A model generated the notes under the pieces. The model was not told the origin of the DNA, made no database searches, and saw only the letters and a program-made list of their open reading frames with translations. From positions 5,056,001-5,120,000 of the forward strand of contig OY970067.1 in assembly GCA_963705305.1 (NCBI GenBank): a stretch of 64,000 nt of DNA, in the 5' to 3' direction. The translations under genes were made by a program, and so were the position numbers. Of this stretch, positions 31,673 to 44,980 are shown piece by piece. This DNA comes from an uncultured Methylomirabilota bacterium (GTDB lineage Bacteria; Methylomirabilota; Methylomirabilia; Methylomirabilales; 2-02-FULL-66-22). The stretch's first letter is position 1; each line of letters begins with the position of its first letter.

Positions 31673-32659
31673 TCAGAGTCCCATCGCCGTCTTGGCCTCT
31701 GCCAGGGTCTCGCCGGCAACCTTGCGCGCCCGCTCGGTCCCCTCCTCCAGGATGTCCAGAACCGTGGCGGGGTTGCCGGCCAGCTCTGCCCGCCGCTCGG
31801 CGACCGGCTGCAGGATGGGCAGGGCGTGCTTCAGCAGGATCTGCTTGCAGTCCAGGCAGCCGATCCCGGCCGTGGTGCAGCCGGGGACGATGACGCCCTC
31901 CCGCTCGGCCTGAGGCGTGAACACCCGGTGTAGGTCGTATACGGGACACACCTCGGGATTGCCGGGATCGGTCCGGCGCTTGCGCGCCGGGTCGGTGACC
32001 ATCGGCTTGATCTTGGAAGTGACCACATCCGGGGGGTCGGCCAGGAAGATGGCGTTGTCGTAGCTCTTGCTCATCTTGCGGCCGTCGGTGCCGGGGATCT
32101 TGGCGAATTCGGTGAGCAACGCCTCCGGCTCGACGAACACCGTCCGGTACAGGAAGTTGAACCGGCGGGCCACCTCGCGGGTCAGCTCGACGTGGGGCAC
32201 CTGATCCACGCCCACGGGCACGTAGTGCGCCTTGTAGATGAGGATATCCGCCGCCTGGAGCAGCGGGTACCCCAGGAACCCGTACGTCCCCAGGTCCTTG
32301 TCGGTGATCTGCTCGCGCTGCTCCTTGTAGGTCGGCACCCGCTCCAGCCAGGCCAGGGGGGTGAACATGGAGAAAAGCAGGTGCAGCTCGGCGTGCTCGG
32401 GCAGCCGGGACTGGACGAAGAAGGTGGCTTTGGCGGGATCCAGCCCTGCGGCCAGCCAGTCCAGGACGACCTCGATGGTGTAGGTCTTGATCTGGGAGGG
32501 GTCTCCGTAATCCGTCGTCAGGGCGTGCCAGTCTGCGATGAAGAAGAAGCAGTCGTACTGCTCTTGCAGCGCGCGCCAGTTGTCGAGAGCCCCGAACAGG
32601 TGCCCGAGGTGCAGCCGTCCAGTGGGACGCATCCCACTCAATACGCGTTTCCTGGTCAT
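31673..32659 (-). CDS. trpS: tryptophanyl-tRNA synthetase
   Basis: SGMRPTG.LHLGH, YPLLQAADIL, VGVDQ, KMSKS. Confidence 0.97.
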   Translation of the reverse strand: MTRKRVLSGMRPTGRLHLGHLFGALDNWRALQEQYDCFFFIADWHALTTDYGDPSQIKTYTIEVVLDWLAAGLDPAKATFFVQSRLPEHAELHLLFSMFTPLAWLERVPTYKEQREQITDKDLGTYGFLGYPLLQAADILIYKAHYVPVGVDQVPHVELTREVARRFNFLYRTVFVEPEALLTEFAKIPGTDGRKMSKSYDNAIFLADPPDVVTSKIKPMVTDPARKRRTDPGNPEVCPVYDLHRVFTPQAEREGVIVPGCTTAGIGCLDCKQILLKHALPILQPVAERRAELAGNPATVLDILEEGTERARKVAGETLAEAKTAMGL

Positions 32660-32820
32660 GTGATCTCCATCTACGGAACTGCCGTCGGGCCGCGCCGGCC
32701 CGGTTTCTTCGCGCCGCTCGAATGTTCCTGCTTGCTCGTCGACGCGCCCGCGTTCCCTCCCCCGGCCCCCCGCCGGGTGGTCCGACGCGCGGCGCGCAGG
32801 ACCCGGCTCTTCCCCCTCCC

Positions 32821-33459
32821 CTACCCCCACATCCGGAACAGGGCCAGCGTCAGCGACCGCACCGCTCCGCCGAACAGCGGATCCATGACGCCGCTGAAGA
32901 ACAGGACGAAGATGATCAGGAAGCCGTACGGCTCGAGCCGGCTGAAGGTGATCGCTTGCCGCAGCGGCAGGAGGCCGGTCACCACCCGGCTGCCGTCCAA
33001 GGGGGGAATGGGAAGGATATTGAAGACGGCTAGCAGGACGTTGACCCAGACGCCGGTCCGCAGCATGACCCGGATCGGGATGATCAACCAAGCCCAGCTG
33101 AAGCCCAGCACCTCCCAGGGAAGCATGCGATAGCAGAACGCGGCGAGAGCGGCCATTAGGAGGTTGCTCAACGGACCGGCCAGGGCGACGGCCATCATGT
33201 CGCGCTGCGGGTTCCGGAAGTGTCTGGCATCGACCGGAACCGGCCGGGCCCAGCCGAACCCTATCAGGACGATGGCGATCGTCCCGATGGGATCGAGGTG
33301 CGCCAGCGGATTCAGGCTCAGGCGCCCCTGCAGCCGGGCCGTGGGGTCCCCCAGGCGGTTGGCCACCCAGCCGTGCGCGTATTCATGAATGGTGAGGGCG
33401 AGGAGGAAGACCGGGATGGTGACGGCGAGTTCCTGGATCTTGGAGGTCAGATCAAACAT
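32821..33459 (-). CDS. site-2 protease (M50)
   Basis: HEYAH, AGPLSN, FNILPIPPLDG. Confidence 0.94.
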   Translation of the reverse strand: MFDLTSKIQELAVTIPVFLLALTIHEYAHGWVANRLGDPTARLQGRLSLNPLAHLDPIGTIAIVLIGFGWARPVPVDARHFRNPQRDMMAVALAGPLSNLLMAALAAFCYRMLPWEVLGFSWAWLIIPIRVMLRTGVWVNVLLAVFNILPIPPLDGSRVVTGLLPLRQAITFSRLEPYGFLIIFVLFFSGVMDPLFGGAVRSLTLALFRMWG

Positions 33460-33502
33460 TGCAGCCTTTCTCTTACATCCGGGGTCCTGAGGGGATTAGG
33501 GA

Positions 33503-33531
33503 ACCGTACCCGATCCCTCCCGGTTTGTCAA
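33503..33531 (-). promoter_or_regulatory. sigma70 promoter for the site-2 protease-trpS-guaB run
   Basis: TTGACA-17-TACGGT. Confidence 0.55.
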
Positions 33532-33849
33532 TCGCAGACTGCCTCGGACGGTCGAAATAGCGGGAACTTAGAGGGTTTTTAGGTTGCGGAAGATGGCATT
33601 TCTTACCACGGGATCCAACCCGCGCGTAACCGGAAACGGCGAGAGCCCCCCGGGGCGTGTGGTCTCCTCGACGCCGGGTCTTGCGGAATGGCGCTTGTGG
33701 ATTCACCCTAACAGACACGCCCAAACGCCTGTGGCGCGTTTTGCAAGTAGATTGGCGCGATCGGCTAGTGACCGGCAGGGCCTAGCGGCGTAAAGTCGCG
33801 CATGAAAGTTGGGGTCAACGAGGTGAGTCGAGCAAGGAGGAACACGAAC

Positions 33850-34965
33850 ATGAGCGAAGGAACGCAACTGACGGCGGTGCAGGAAGGCAACGTCCCCCAC
33901 GGGACAGGAAGATATTCGGCCAGAGCCTATGCGGCGGGCAGCGCAACGGCGGGCCTCGCACCCTTTTCGATTCCACGGCGAGCGCCCGGGGCCCGCGACG
34001 TGCAAATCGAGATTCTCTACTGCGGCGTGTGCCATTCGGATCTGCACCAGGTGCGCAACGAGTGGCAGAACGCCATGCCGACGGTGTATCCCTGCGTGCC
34101 GGGCCACGAGATCGTCGGGCGCGTGGTGCGAGCCGGCAGCGCGGTGAAGAAGCTCCGCGAGGGCGACCTCGCGGCGGTCGGCTGCATGGTGGACTCGTGC
34201 GGCACGTGCCCCCAGTGCCGGGCGGGCCTCGAGCAATACTGCGAGAGCTTCCCCACGCTCACCTACAACTCTCCCGACACCCATCTTGGCGGGGTCACCC
34301 ACGGTGGGTACTCGGAGAGCATCGTCGTGGACGAGGCCTTCGTGCTGCGGGTCTCCGAGAAACTGGATCTCGCCGCGACGGCGCCGCTCCTGTGCGCAGG
34401 CATCACCACGTACTCCCCGCTGCGGCACTGGAACGTGCGCAAGGGGCAGAAGGTCGGCATCGTGGGGCTGGGCGGACTGGGCCACATGGGCGTGAAGTTC
34501 GCCCACGCGTTCGGCGCCCATGTGGTGCTGTTCACCACGTCGCCGAACAAGACCGTGGATGCCCTGCGGCTCGGCGCGCACGAGGTGGTGGTCTCGAAGG
34601 ACGACGCGGCGATGCGGAAGCACGCCGGGAGCTTCGACTTCATCCTGGACGCGGTGTCCGCCAGGCACAACGTGGGGGCGTATCTGAATCTGCTGAAGCG
34701 GGACGGGACGCTGACGATGGTCGGCGCGCCGCAGGAGCCGCTGCCGGTGGAGGTGTTTAACCTGCTTTTCAACCGCCGCCGGCTTGCCGGCTCCTGCATC
34801 GGGGGCATCCAGGAAACGCAGGAGATGCTCGACTTCTGCACCGAGCACGGCATCGTCTCGGACATCGAGCTGATCCGGATCCAGCAGATCAACGAGGCGT
34901 ATGAGCGGCTGCTCAAGGGAGACGTGAAATACCGCTTTGTCATCGACATGGCCTCGCTGAAGTGA
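33850..34965 (+). CDS. Zn-dependent NAD(P) alcohol dehydrogenase (cinnamyl-ADH-like)
   Basis: CGVCHSD, PGHEIVG, C-x2-C-x2-C-x7-C, APLLCAG, GLGGLG, YRFVID. Confidence 0.94.
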   Translation: MSEGTQLTAVQEGNVPHGTGRYSARAYAAGSATAGLAPFSIPRRAPGARDVQIEILYCGVCHSDLHQVRNEWQNAMPTVYPCVPGHEIVGRVVRAGSAVKKLREGDLAAVGCMVDSCGTCPQCRAGLEQYCESFPTLTYNSPDTHLGGVTHGGYSESIVVDEAFVLRVSEKLDLAATAPLLCAGITTYSPLRHWNVRKGQKVGIVGLGGLGHMGVKFAHAFGAHVVLFTTSPNKTVDALRLGAHEVVVSKDDAAMRKHAGSFDFILDAVSARHNVGAYLNLLKRDGTLTMVGAPQEPLPVEVFNLLFNRRRLAGSCIGGIQETQEMLDFCTEHGIVSDIELIRIQQINEAYERLLKGDVKYRFVIDMASLK

Positions 34966-35016
34966 GCCGCGCCGGGAGCCGCCTCTGGCGCTCCCCAGAA
35001 TGTTGGGTTATTCTCC

Positions 35017-35173
35017 TAACAGGGTGCTGAATAGCCCGCTTTTCCCCAGGCTGCTCAAAAAGGTCCAGATGCAAGGCGGTGCGCAAAGGGCCGAGTGAGG
35101 CGTACTTCCGGTACGCCGCAGCGAGTGCCCGAGCGGACCAACGCAGCAGATGGGCCTTTTTCAGCAGCCTGCC
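35017..35173. repeat. MITE-like repeat, copy 1
   Basis: CAGGCTGCTCAAAAAGGTCCAGATGC...GCAGATGGGCCTTTTTCAGCAGCCTG terminal inverted arms. Confidence 0.88.
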
Positions 35174-35182
35174 AGGTGCGCC

Positions 35183-37499
<2,317 letters not shown>

Positions 37500-37715
37500 T
37501 AACAGGATGCTGAAAGACCCGTCTTCACCCAGGCTGCTCAAAAAGGTCCAGATGTCCCTCGACATCGCTCGGGACCGTGAGCCTGTCGAACGGCAAGGCG
37601 GCGCGGGATCCGCGGGGCACCCACCGGAGGTGGGTCGGAGGCGTACTTACGGGTACGCCGCAACGTCGCGGGAGCGCGCCAACGCTGCAGATGGGCCTTT
37701 TTCAGCGGCCTGCTA
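37500..37715. repeat. MITE-like repeat, copy 2 (with nested inserts)
   Basis: same termini as 35017-35173 plus inserted hairpin modules. Confidence 0.88.
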
Positions 37716-37729
37716 AAGGAGTCCAGAAA

Positions 37730-38128
37730 ATGGACATCACACGCAGTGGCTCGCAGCCGTCCGGCAAGGGACCGGCCGACTGGTTTACCGGCACCGTCCG
37801 GATCGACCCTTTATTTCAAGTGAAGGCCCCGGCCCGCGTGGCCGGCGCCAGCGTCACGTTCGAGCCCGGCGCCCGGACCGCCTGGCACACCCACCCGCTA
37901 GGCCAGCACCTGATCGTGACCGCGGGCTGCGGCTTGGTCCAGCGCTGGGGCGGCCCGATCGAGGAGATCCGGCCGGGGGACGTGGTCTGGTTCCCGCCGG
38001 GCGAGAAGCACTGGCACGGCGCCACGGCCACCACGGCCATGATGCACATTGCCATTCAGGAGCAGCTCGACGGCAAGACCGTCGATTGGCTGGAGAAGGT
38101 CAGCGACGAACAATACCAGGCCCGATGA
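37730..38128 (+). CDS. cupin-domain protein
   Basis: [39 protein letters not shown]. Confidence 0.92.
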   Translation: MDITRSGSQPSGKGPADWFTGTVRIDPLFQVKAPARVAGASVTFEPGARTAWHTHPLGQHLIVTAGCGLVQRWGGPIEEIRPGDVVWFPPGEKHWHGATATTAMMHIAIQEQLDGKTVDWLEKVSDEQYQAR

Positions 38129-38275
38129 GTCAACTTGCCCCCTTCGATTGCGCGGCATGAATCTGCGCGCTCCGGATGCCCGGCGTTGCCGAATTCCAGG
38201 CGAGGCATGGCGAGGTGCATTGGCGAGCGCTGACAAAACTTGCAACGCCCCAGATTTTTGCCAGCCAGAGTCATC

Positions 38276-38513
38276 TAGCGCGGTGCTCAAGAACTCATGT
38301 TGACCCAGGCTGCTCAAAAAAGTCCAGATGTCCCTCGACATCGCTCGGGACCGTGAGCCTGTCGAACGGCAAGGCGGCGTCACCCATCCCTTGGGATGGA
38401 TACCCGCCGCGGGGTACCCACCGGAGGTGGGTCGGAGGCGTACTTACACGTACGCCGCAGCGAGTGCCCGAGCGCACCAACGCCGCAGATGGGCCTTTTT
38501 CAGCAGCCCATTA
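38276..38513. repeat. MITE-like repeat, copy 3 (additional nested insert)
   Basis: same termini; extra CACCCATCCCTTGGGATGG hairpin. Confidence 0.88.
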
Positions 38514-38523
38514 GGAGGGAGCG

Positions 38524-38811
38524 ATGGCAGCATATTTTATTGTGAACATCGACGTGCAGGATGCGGCTGGATTCGAGGCGTACCGGAAGGCAGTCCCCCC
38601 CACCCTCGCCCAGTACGGCGGGCGGTACCTCGTGCGGGGCGGCTCGCACGAGACCCTGGAGGGCACCTGGCGGCCGACCCGCCTCGTGGTGCTGGAATTC
38701 CCCACCATGGCCGCGGCGCGGCAGTGGTACACATCCGAAGCGTACCAGAAGATCAAGCCCCTCCGCCTCCAGGCTGCCAAGGGCGACATGGTCCTCGTCG
38801 AGGGTGTTTAG
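38524..38811 (+). CDS. DUF1330-family protein
   Basis: YGGRYLVRGG, LEG.W, VLEFP, WY.S.AYQ, VLVEG. Confidence 0.92.
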   Translation: MAAYFIVNIDVQDAAGFEAYRKAVPPTLAQYGGRYLVRGGSHETLEGTWRPTRLVVLEFPTMAAARQWYTSEAYQKIKPLRLQAAKGDMVLVEGV

Positions 38812-39876
38812 GCAAAGAGGCCGGCCCATTCGCCCCCACGAAGTTGGCGGTGTGAAAGATCATATAGCTTGGTGCGTGGGCCTGGCCGGAAGAACAGGGC
38901 AGCCGGGAGGCAGCAGTTGAGCGGATTGCGATAAATACTCTTTGGGGTGCCGATTTGTACTTGGGGAGGCTGGGTGAAGCGACTCTTTTCAAGATATGAC
39001 AGATAATGCAACGTCCCCTAGACGACGATTTAGATATGGAAAATAACTGGGCCTAGCGGCGGACCCCCCCGTCTCGGACGTAAGCTAGGTGGGAACGGAT
39101 CGAGACCGACCTGCCTGCCTGATGACGCCACCAATCCTCTGCCTCAGCGTTGTACTGGCCTAAGAACAACCGATTCCCCTCCGCCTTGACAAGCATACCT
39201 GCCCTCTTTAGGTTACCCTCGCAATCGTCGGGATTGGGTATCGGGGTCTCATCATGGGGCTCGTCAAGGTGCGGCGCGTGCGGCTACCAGTCTGGCGACG
39301 CGCCGCTTTTCCCACCTCCTTTGGGCCTTCTCACCTCACCTTGGGGGTACCTGACCCTGAGTACGTGTACGCGACAGCCCTGCTCGCCGGTGGGACGGCA
39401 GCAGTTGATACAAGCCAGGTGCACACGGAAAGCGCCTTGCGCCCGCATTGGGCGCTCTCCGTCGAGGTGGGGGGGCCGGTTCACCTCCCGAGATGCTGTG
39501 CCATCCTCGAGCGCTTCCCCCACTCCGCGAAAAAGTTCGGCGATTTCCTTCTGGCCATCTGGATTCCATCGGCCATGCAATCTGGTTTCAAGGCAATTGG
39601 GGGGGAACGACAGGCCGCGGAATCCGTGGGGAGAACGCACCCGCGCCGATGACGGATCCCGGCGAGCGCAGAATAGAGCGGTAGGGGCGACCATTCCGCG
39701 TGTAGCCAGAGCTTCCGGGATAATCGGGGAGGGTGGGCAAGAACAATTGACAAACAACCGCGATCCTCTGTCCTCTTTGGACGATCCCTGCAAGCGCACC
39801 TCGTGTGGCGCGTGGTTGCTGGAGGGTCTTTCTAAGCCTCATGGTGGAAACCGGTATTGTGAAAAGGAGGGCGACC

Positions 39877-41262
39877 ATGTCGGGAGATAGGGGCAAACTT
39901 CCGCGGAAGTCGGCTGCTAAGCCAAGTGGGAGGTCCATCACTCGGCGCGGATTTCTCGCAGGGCTCGCCGGGGCCACCGCAGGCGCCGTGGCCCTCGACT
40001 CTCTTGTCCGGCCCTCGCTGGCACGTGCGGCAGCGCCCGTGAAATCCAGCGAGCCCATCGAATTCATCTATTGGAGTGTTTTCGGCCAGTCCCCGCCATT
40101 CGTCACGGCTTTTGGGGAGGTAGGCACCAAGTTCCTTCGAGCCAATGGGTTTCCGAATGCGACGGTGAAGGCGGAAATCGCGAGCTTCGAAGGGTACGAG
40201 CAGAAGTACCTGAGCGCCTTCGCCAGCGGGAAGGGGCCGGACATCTTCGTCGGAATGGCTCCGGCATGGGGCATGGATGGCGGCCTGAATCCGGTAGCCG
40301 TCCTGCTCCCGCAAGATCTGGCGAAACTATACGACAGCAAGCTGGCGCCTTTCCTTGCCTCGTGGGGCACATACAAAGGCAAGCGGTATGGCTTTGCGGT
40401 GGAAGGGCTCATGCAGATGCTGTACATCAACACCGATCATTTCAAGGAGGCCGGCCTCGACCCCAACAAGGCCCCGCGGACCTCGGAAGAATTCGTCGAG
40501 GCTGCGCAGAAGCTGACGAAGCGTGATGCCTCGGGAAAGATCATCCGATCAGGGTATCACCCGCGCTACCTGGGGCAGGGATTGGGCGTCGCGGACAAGT
40601 TCCTCCCGATTGTCCACATCTTCGGTGGGCGGATGCTCTCTGAGGACATGAAGAAGGCCGACGGGTACATTAACAGTCCGAACTCCATCGCCGCATTCCA
40701 GTTCTATTACGACCTGGTGTACAAGTATAAGGTCGTCAACTTGGACTTCGGCATGCCGGAGCGCGCATTCGAGCAGGGCCTGACCTCCATGGTGTTCCGC
40801 GAAGGGTACCTCGCGGGGGATATTCTGGAGAAGGCGCCGAATATCCATTTCAAGGTCTTCCCCTACATCGTTGCAACGAAAGACTACGCACCGAGTAACC
40901 TGCTCACCTGGGCCAATATGGTCAGCAAGAACTGCAAGCATCAGGATATTGCTTTTGAATTGTTCCGCCTCTTGGCCTGCGTCGAGGCCGATGTGGGCTT
41001 GCATAAACCGGCCCTGTACGAACCGGTCCTGACGGACAGCTACAAGCCGCCGACCAATGAGTACCTCAGGAGCCTGCCGTACGGACAAGCCCTGATGGAG
41101 TCCCTCAAGAAGAAGATCGGACCAGAGTATATCCATCCGAAGCTCGATGCCATTGCGTATGTCGTCGGCGAAGAACTGACCGCCTGCGTGAAAGGAACAG
41201 CGCCGAAGGTCGCTGCGGACCGGGCGGCCAAGCGGATTGAAGAGGCCCTTGCGAGCTTCTAG
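39877..41262 (+). CDS. carbohydrate ABC transporter substrate-binding protein with Tat signal
   Basis: ITRRGFL twin-arginine motif; GPDIF, LYIN.D.FKEAGLDP. Confidence 0.88.
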   Translation: MSGDRGKLPRKSAAKPSGRSITRRGFLAGLAGATAGAVALDSLVRPSLARAAAPVKSSEPIEFIYWSVFGQSPPFVTAFGEVGTKFLRANGFPNATVKAEIASFEGYEQKYLSAFASGKGPDIFVGMAPAWGMDGGLNPVAVLLPQDLAKLYDSKLAPFLASWGTYKGKRYGFAVEGLMQMLYINTDHFKEAGLDPNKAPRTSEEFVEAAQKLTKRDASGKIIRSGYHPRYLGQGLGVADKFLPIVHIFGGRMLSEDMKKADGYINSPNSIAAFQFYYDLVYKYKVVNLDFGMPERAFEQGLTSMVFREGYLAGDILEKAPNIHFKVFPYIVATKDYAPSNLLTWANMVSKNCKHQDIAFELFRLLACVEADVGLHKPALYEPVLTDSYKPPTNEYLRSLPYGQALMESLKKKIGPEYIHPKLDAIAYVVGEELTACVKGTAPKVAADRAAKRIEEALASF

Positions 41263-41276
41263 CGGTTACAAGCGAA

Positions 41277-41314
41277 TCCGGCCGAGGCGATCCCCCATCC
41301 TGCCTCGGCCGGAT
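41277..41314 (+). terminator. hairpin after SBP gene (attenuator or mRNA stabiliser)
   Basis: TCCGGCCGAGGC...GCCTCGGCCGGA stem. Confidence 0.55.
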
Positions 41315-41349
41315 TCGTGGAAGTAGCCTTCTGCCTCGGAAGGACAGAA

Positions 41350-42333
41350 ATGTTCAGGACCGATCGGTACTCTAAGTACGGATTTTTCTTCGTCCTTCCA
41401 TCCGTCATTTACTTTGGACTTGTCTTTTTTTACCCTCTCGTCCTCGCCTTCTGGAATTCCTTCCGGAACGTCAACATCATGCTGGGGACAAGCGAGTGGG
41501 TGGGTCTGGACAAATTCAGCAAGGTGGTGCATCACGCTGGCTTTCAAGGCAGCGTGGCCACGACCTTTGTGTATGTGCTGATAGTCGTCCCTGCACTCCT
41601 GGTGTTCTCCCTCGCCTTGTCCGCAATCATCGTTAATTTGCGCGAAAAGGTCTATAGCGATGCTGCCTCGACCATCTTTTTCCTCCCGGTAATCACGTCG
41701 CTCGTAAGCGCGGGCATCATCTGGCAATGGATTTTCGACCCCACCCTGGGGGTGGTGAATAACGTCCTCAGCTCTCTCGGTGTCCACCACCTGCCGAGCT
41801 GGCTCCAGAGTCCGACCCTGGCTCTGCCGACCGTCTCGGTTATTGGCTTCTGGGCGCGGCTCGGCTTCGATGTCGTAATCTTCGTCACCGCCATGAACAG
41901 CGTCCCGGGATCGTACTACGAGGCCGCAAAAATCGACGGCGCGTCCGAGCTTCAACAGTTCCTCCGCATCACTCTCCCGCTTCTCAATCCTCAGATCTTC
42001 ATGGTCTCGACGATTGAATTTATCTTTGCATTCAAGGTGTTTGACCAAATTTTCGTGACAACCCGCGGAGGCCCTTCCGGGGCTACCAAGACGGTGATGG
42101 TGTTCCTCCTGAAGGACGTCTTCAATTATGACTATGGGGCGGCATGCGCCATCACCGTGCTTCTCCTCTGTTTCCTTTTCGCGATTAGCTTCCTGCAGTG
42201 GAAAGTCTTTAGCGCCATGAACGCAACGGAGGGCTCGGTTCAACGGCCACGTGGCAAGAAGGCGAACGTCAGGATTGCTTCGGGACGGACTATTCCAAAT
42301 CGAACCACCATTTCAGGTCGGGTCGATCCGTAA
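41350..42333 (+). CDS. carbohydrate ABC permease
   Basis: FFLPVITS, YEAAKIDGA, ITLPLL, FKVFDQI..TT.GGP. Confidence 0.9.
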   Translation: MFRTDRYSKYGFFFVLPSVIYFGLVFFYPLVLAFWNSFRNVNIMLGTSEWVGLDKFSKVVHHAGFQGSVATTFVYVLIVVPALLVFSLALSAIIVNLREKVYSDAASTIFFLPVITSLVSAGIIWQWIFDPTLGVVNNVLSSLGVHHLPSWLQSPTLALPTVSVIGFWARLGFDVVIFVTAMNSVPGSYYEAAKIDGASELQQFLRITLPLLNPQIFMVSTIEFIFAFKVFDQIFVTTRGGPSGATKTVMVFLLKDVFNYDYGAACAITVLLLCFLFAISFLQWKVFSAMNATEGSVQRPRGKKANVRIASGRTIPNRTTISGRVDP

Positions 42334-42414
42334 TTCCTGCAGTTGTCAGGGGCTTCTCCTGACAGGCTGCCCGACAGAACATTGGCCCTTCATCAGGCGA
42401 TTGGGAGAGAGACC

Positions 42415-43290
42415 ATGGGAGGCGTCAGGCTCGGGCGGAGACTGCCGTGGCTTGGGAGTCGGATGTTCTTGTTGCTCATGCTGCTGTTTATGCTTCTCCC
42501 ATTTCTGATGATGGTTGTGACTTCATTCAAGAGCGCGCCAGAGATCAACGATGTGGCCAGCCGAGGGCTGCTCCAGCGGACGTTTCCGGACAACTGGCTC
42601 AACTTCGAAAACTACCGGGCGGTTATCACTGGAACGTCCCCCATGCTACATGGCGTGTCCTTCTTGATATTTATCCGGAACTCCCTCATCATCACCCTGG
42701 GCAGTTTGGTCCCGGCCCTCCTGCTCGCCGTCACGGCAGGCTACGGATTCGCCAAATTTACCTTCCCAGGGAAGAATGTCTTTTTCTTTCTGCTGCTCGG
42801 TCTCCTCATGGTCCCCATTGAGTCGATCAGCATTCCCCTCTACCTGGTTGTCGCCCGCCTAGGGCTTGTCGACACGTACCTTGGAATCATGCTGCCCTTC
42901 ATGATATCCGCCTTCGGGATGTTCATGATCAAGCAAGCCGTGGAGGATATCCCCCAGGACTATATTGACGCTGCCAGAGTGGATGGATGCGGGGAATTCT
43001 GGATCCTATTCAACGTCATCCTGCCGATGATCCGCCCCACGGTGGTGACCCTGGTCGTCATCAAGTTCTTGTGGACGTGGAACGAGTACTTCTGGCCCTA
43101 CCTCGTTACGAACGCGGATGAGATGAAACCTATTACTTTGGGGTTGGCCAAATTCACCAATGAGCTTTTTCAAGATTACGGTCCCCTGACAGCCAGCGTT
43201 GTGCTGACGATCATCCCAACCCTCATTATCTTCATTCTCTCTCGGCGGTTCATCGTTCGAAGTATCACGGTCTCCGGACTAAAGGCGTAG
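42415..43290 (+). CDS. carbohydrate ABC permease
   Basis: AGYGFAK..FPGK, DAARVDG, WTWNEYFWP. Confidence 0.92.
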   Translation: MGGVRLGRRLPWLGSRMFLLLMLLFMLLPFLMMVVTSFKSAPEINDVASRGLLQRTFPDNWLNFENYRAVITGTSPMLHGVSFLIFIRNSLIITLGSLVPALLLAVTAGYGFAKFTFPGKNVFFFLLLGLLMVPIESISIPLYLVVARLGLVDTYLGIMLPFMISAFGMFMIKQAVEDIPQDYIDAARVDGCGEFWILFNVILPMIRPTVVTLVVIKFLWTWNEYFWPYLVTNADEMKPITLGLAKFTNELFQDYGPLTASVVLTIIPTLIIFILSRRFIVRSITVSGLKA

Positions 43291-43481
43291 CGGACCATGG
43301 AAGTACTTTGTACGAGTCCGCCCGAGTCCCCGCCAGCCTTGGTGTCTACACTGGGGGCTCACGGATCAGCCGTTTCCAGAGTCGCTATTCACGAATCCTC
43401 CCATGATGAAAGGCACCGCTCTTTCTTGAACACGAGACCGTTCCCTTTAGACTCGGCCCCCGATGTTGGACGGAGGCAACA

Positions 43482-44624
43482 ATGAACTGCCGTGAGCGGG
43501 CGTTGGCCGCCCTCAACCACACTGAACCCGACCGCGTTCCCCTCGATTTCGGTGGGCGCCAGACCACATTGCATATGTACGCGCATGAGGCCCTGATGCA
43601 TCATCTCGGCCTCACGGGGCCAAAGCCCACGATCCGGAACTACCACACATATCTGGTCGATCCCGACCCGCAGCTCCTGCAGCGCTTCGAGCGGGTGAGC
43701 ACCTTCTTCCTCCCGAAGCCTCCCTCAGGCTACGTATTCAAAATTGACCCCGCCACAAATTCCTACGTGGATGAATGGGGGACGACCTTTCACATGCCGC
43801 CAAACGGCTATTATTACGACATCGCCGCGGTCCCCCTACCCGATGCAGAGACGGAAGCTGACCTGGAGAAGTACCGCTGGCCGAACCCGACTGACCCGGC
43901 ACGGATCGAAGGGCTGCCCGAAAAGATTGCGGCAGCCTATCAGGCTGGCGAGAAGGTCATCATGATGTGCACACCCACGCAGGGGCTCTGGGAACAGGCA
44001 TGGTACATGTTCGGGCTGGAGCAGGCGTTCATGAACCTGGCCGGCAACCAGCCGCTCATGGAGGCCTTCACCCAGCGGATCATGGAGTGGCAGATGGCTT
44101 TCTGGACCATGGCCCTGAGTCAAGTGGGTGACTACCTCGACGTAGTGCAGATCAATGATGACCTGGGAACCCAGCACGGGCCGATGATGGCCCCCGCCAC
44201 CTTCCGGAAGATCTACAAGCCCCGGCTCCGGCAGCTCGTCGCGGCCATCAAGCAGCGGACCAAGGCCCGCGTGTATCTCCACTCCTGCGGCTCCATCTAC
44301 CGGCTCATCCCCGACCTGATCGAGGTCGGCGTGGACATCCTGAACCCCGTGCAGGTCAACGCGGCCGAGATGGACTCGGCGCGGCTCAAGCGGGAGTTCG
44401 GCAAAGACCTGACCTTCTGGGGCGGCGGCTGCGACCCGGTCGTCATGGGGACGGGGACGGTTGCCCAGGTGGTGGAGGACGTCAAGCGCCGCATCCACGA
44501 CCTGGCGCCCGGCGGCGGGTTCGTCTTCGGCTCGGTGCACAACATCCAGGCCAACGTCCCGCCGGAGAACATCGTGGCCATGTTCGAAGCTGCGCAAGCA
44601 TTTGGCCGATATCCAGTGAGTTAG
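43482..44624 (+). CDS. uroporphyrinogen decarboxylase / MtaA-CmuA superfamily protein
   Basis: EPDRVPLD, DEWG, DDLGTQ, LHSCG, ILNPVQ, FWGGG, VHNIQ..VPPEN. Confidence 0.88.
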   Translation: MNCRERALAALNHTEPDRVPLDFGGRQTTLHMYAHEALMHHLGLTGPKPTIRNYHTYLVDPDPQLLQRFERVSTFFLPKPPSGYVFKIDPATNSYVDEWGTTFHMPPNGYYYDIAAVPLPDAETEADLEKYRWPNPTDPARIEGLPEKIAAAYQAGEKVIMMCTPTQGLWEQAWYMFGLEQAFMNLAGNQPLMEAFTQRIMEWQMAFWTMALSQVGDYLDVVQINDDLGTQHGPMMAPATFRKIYKPRLRQLVAAIKQRTKARVYLHSCGSIYRLIPDLIEVGVDILNPVQVNAAEMDSARLKREFGKDLTFWGGGCDPVVMGTGTVAQVVEDVKRRIHDLAPGGGFVFGSVHNIQANVPPENIVAMFEAAQAFGRYPVS

Positions 44625-44689
44625 CGCTGACCCGAAAATAGCTCCGGCGACCAGCGCATGCGCAGCCCGTAATAGGGGACCCGGCCGTT

Positions 44690-44980
44690 TCTGCGCTGTC
44701 AAGGCACATTCCTCCTCGCGATGCCGAGTCCTGAACGCATCTCACACCTGCTGCCTGCCGTCGTTCCCCCGGGACCGCTCCCGGATGGTCTCTCACGCCC
44801 CACCGTAGTGGTCGCATCCGGCCTGCTCGCTGCCACCCGAGCGGCCTACCCGGCCTCGTCCGGGCTGCTGAGAGCGGGAGCGGCGCGCCAGGGTCCCCCG
44901 GCGGTCCCACCGGGCCGCCACGTTGCATGAATCGCGCTGCCAGCTCCCCGGGGAAGACAGACGCTGTCCCGCCGGCCGGC
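44690..44980 (-). ncRNA. candidate IS110 bridge/seek RNA region (3' non-coding end)
   Basis: ~290 nt structured non-coding stretch right after the IS110 recombinase stop; long-range GGGACCGC/GCGGTCCC stem; boundaries uncertain. Confidence 0.5.

Noticed and set aside
38830..39870. ORFs in the 1-kb spacer before the sugar SBP
   Set aside because: No recognisable domains or RBS; likely degenerate island-edge DNA
44670..44702. TTGACA at the IS110 end as half of a circle-junction promoter using a CTATT core
   Set aside because: Spacing to the putative -10 would be about 22 nt and the -10 is poor; element ends are not established
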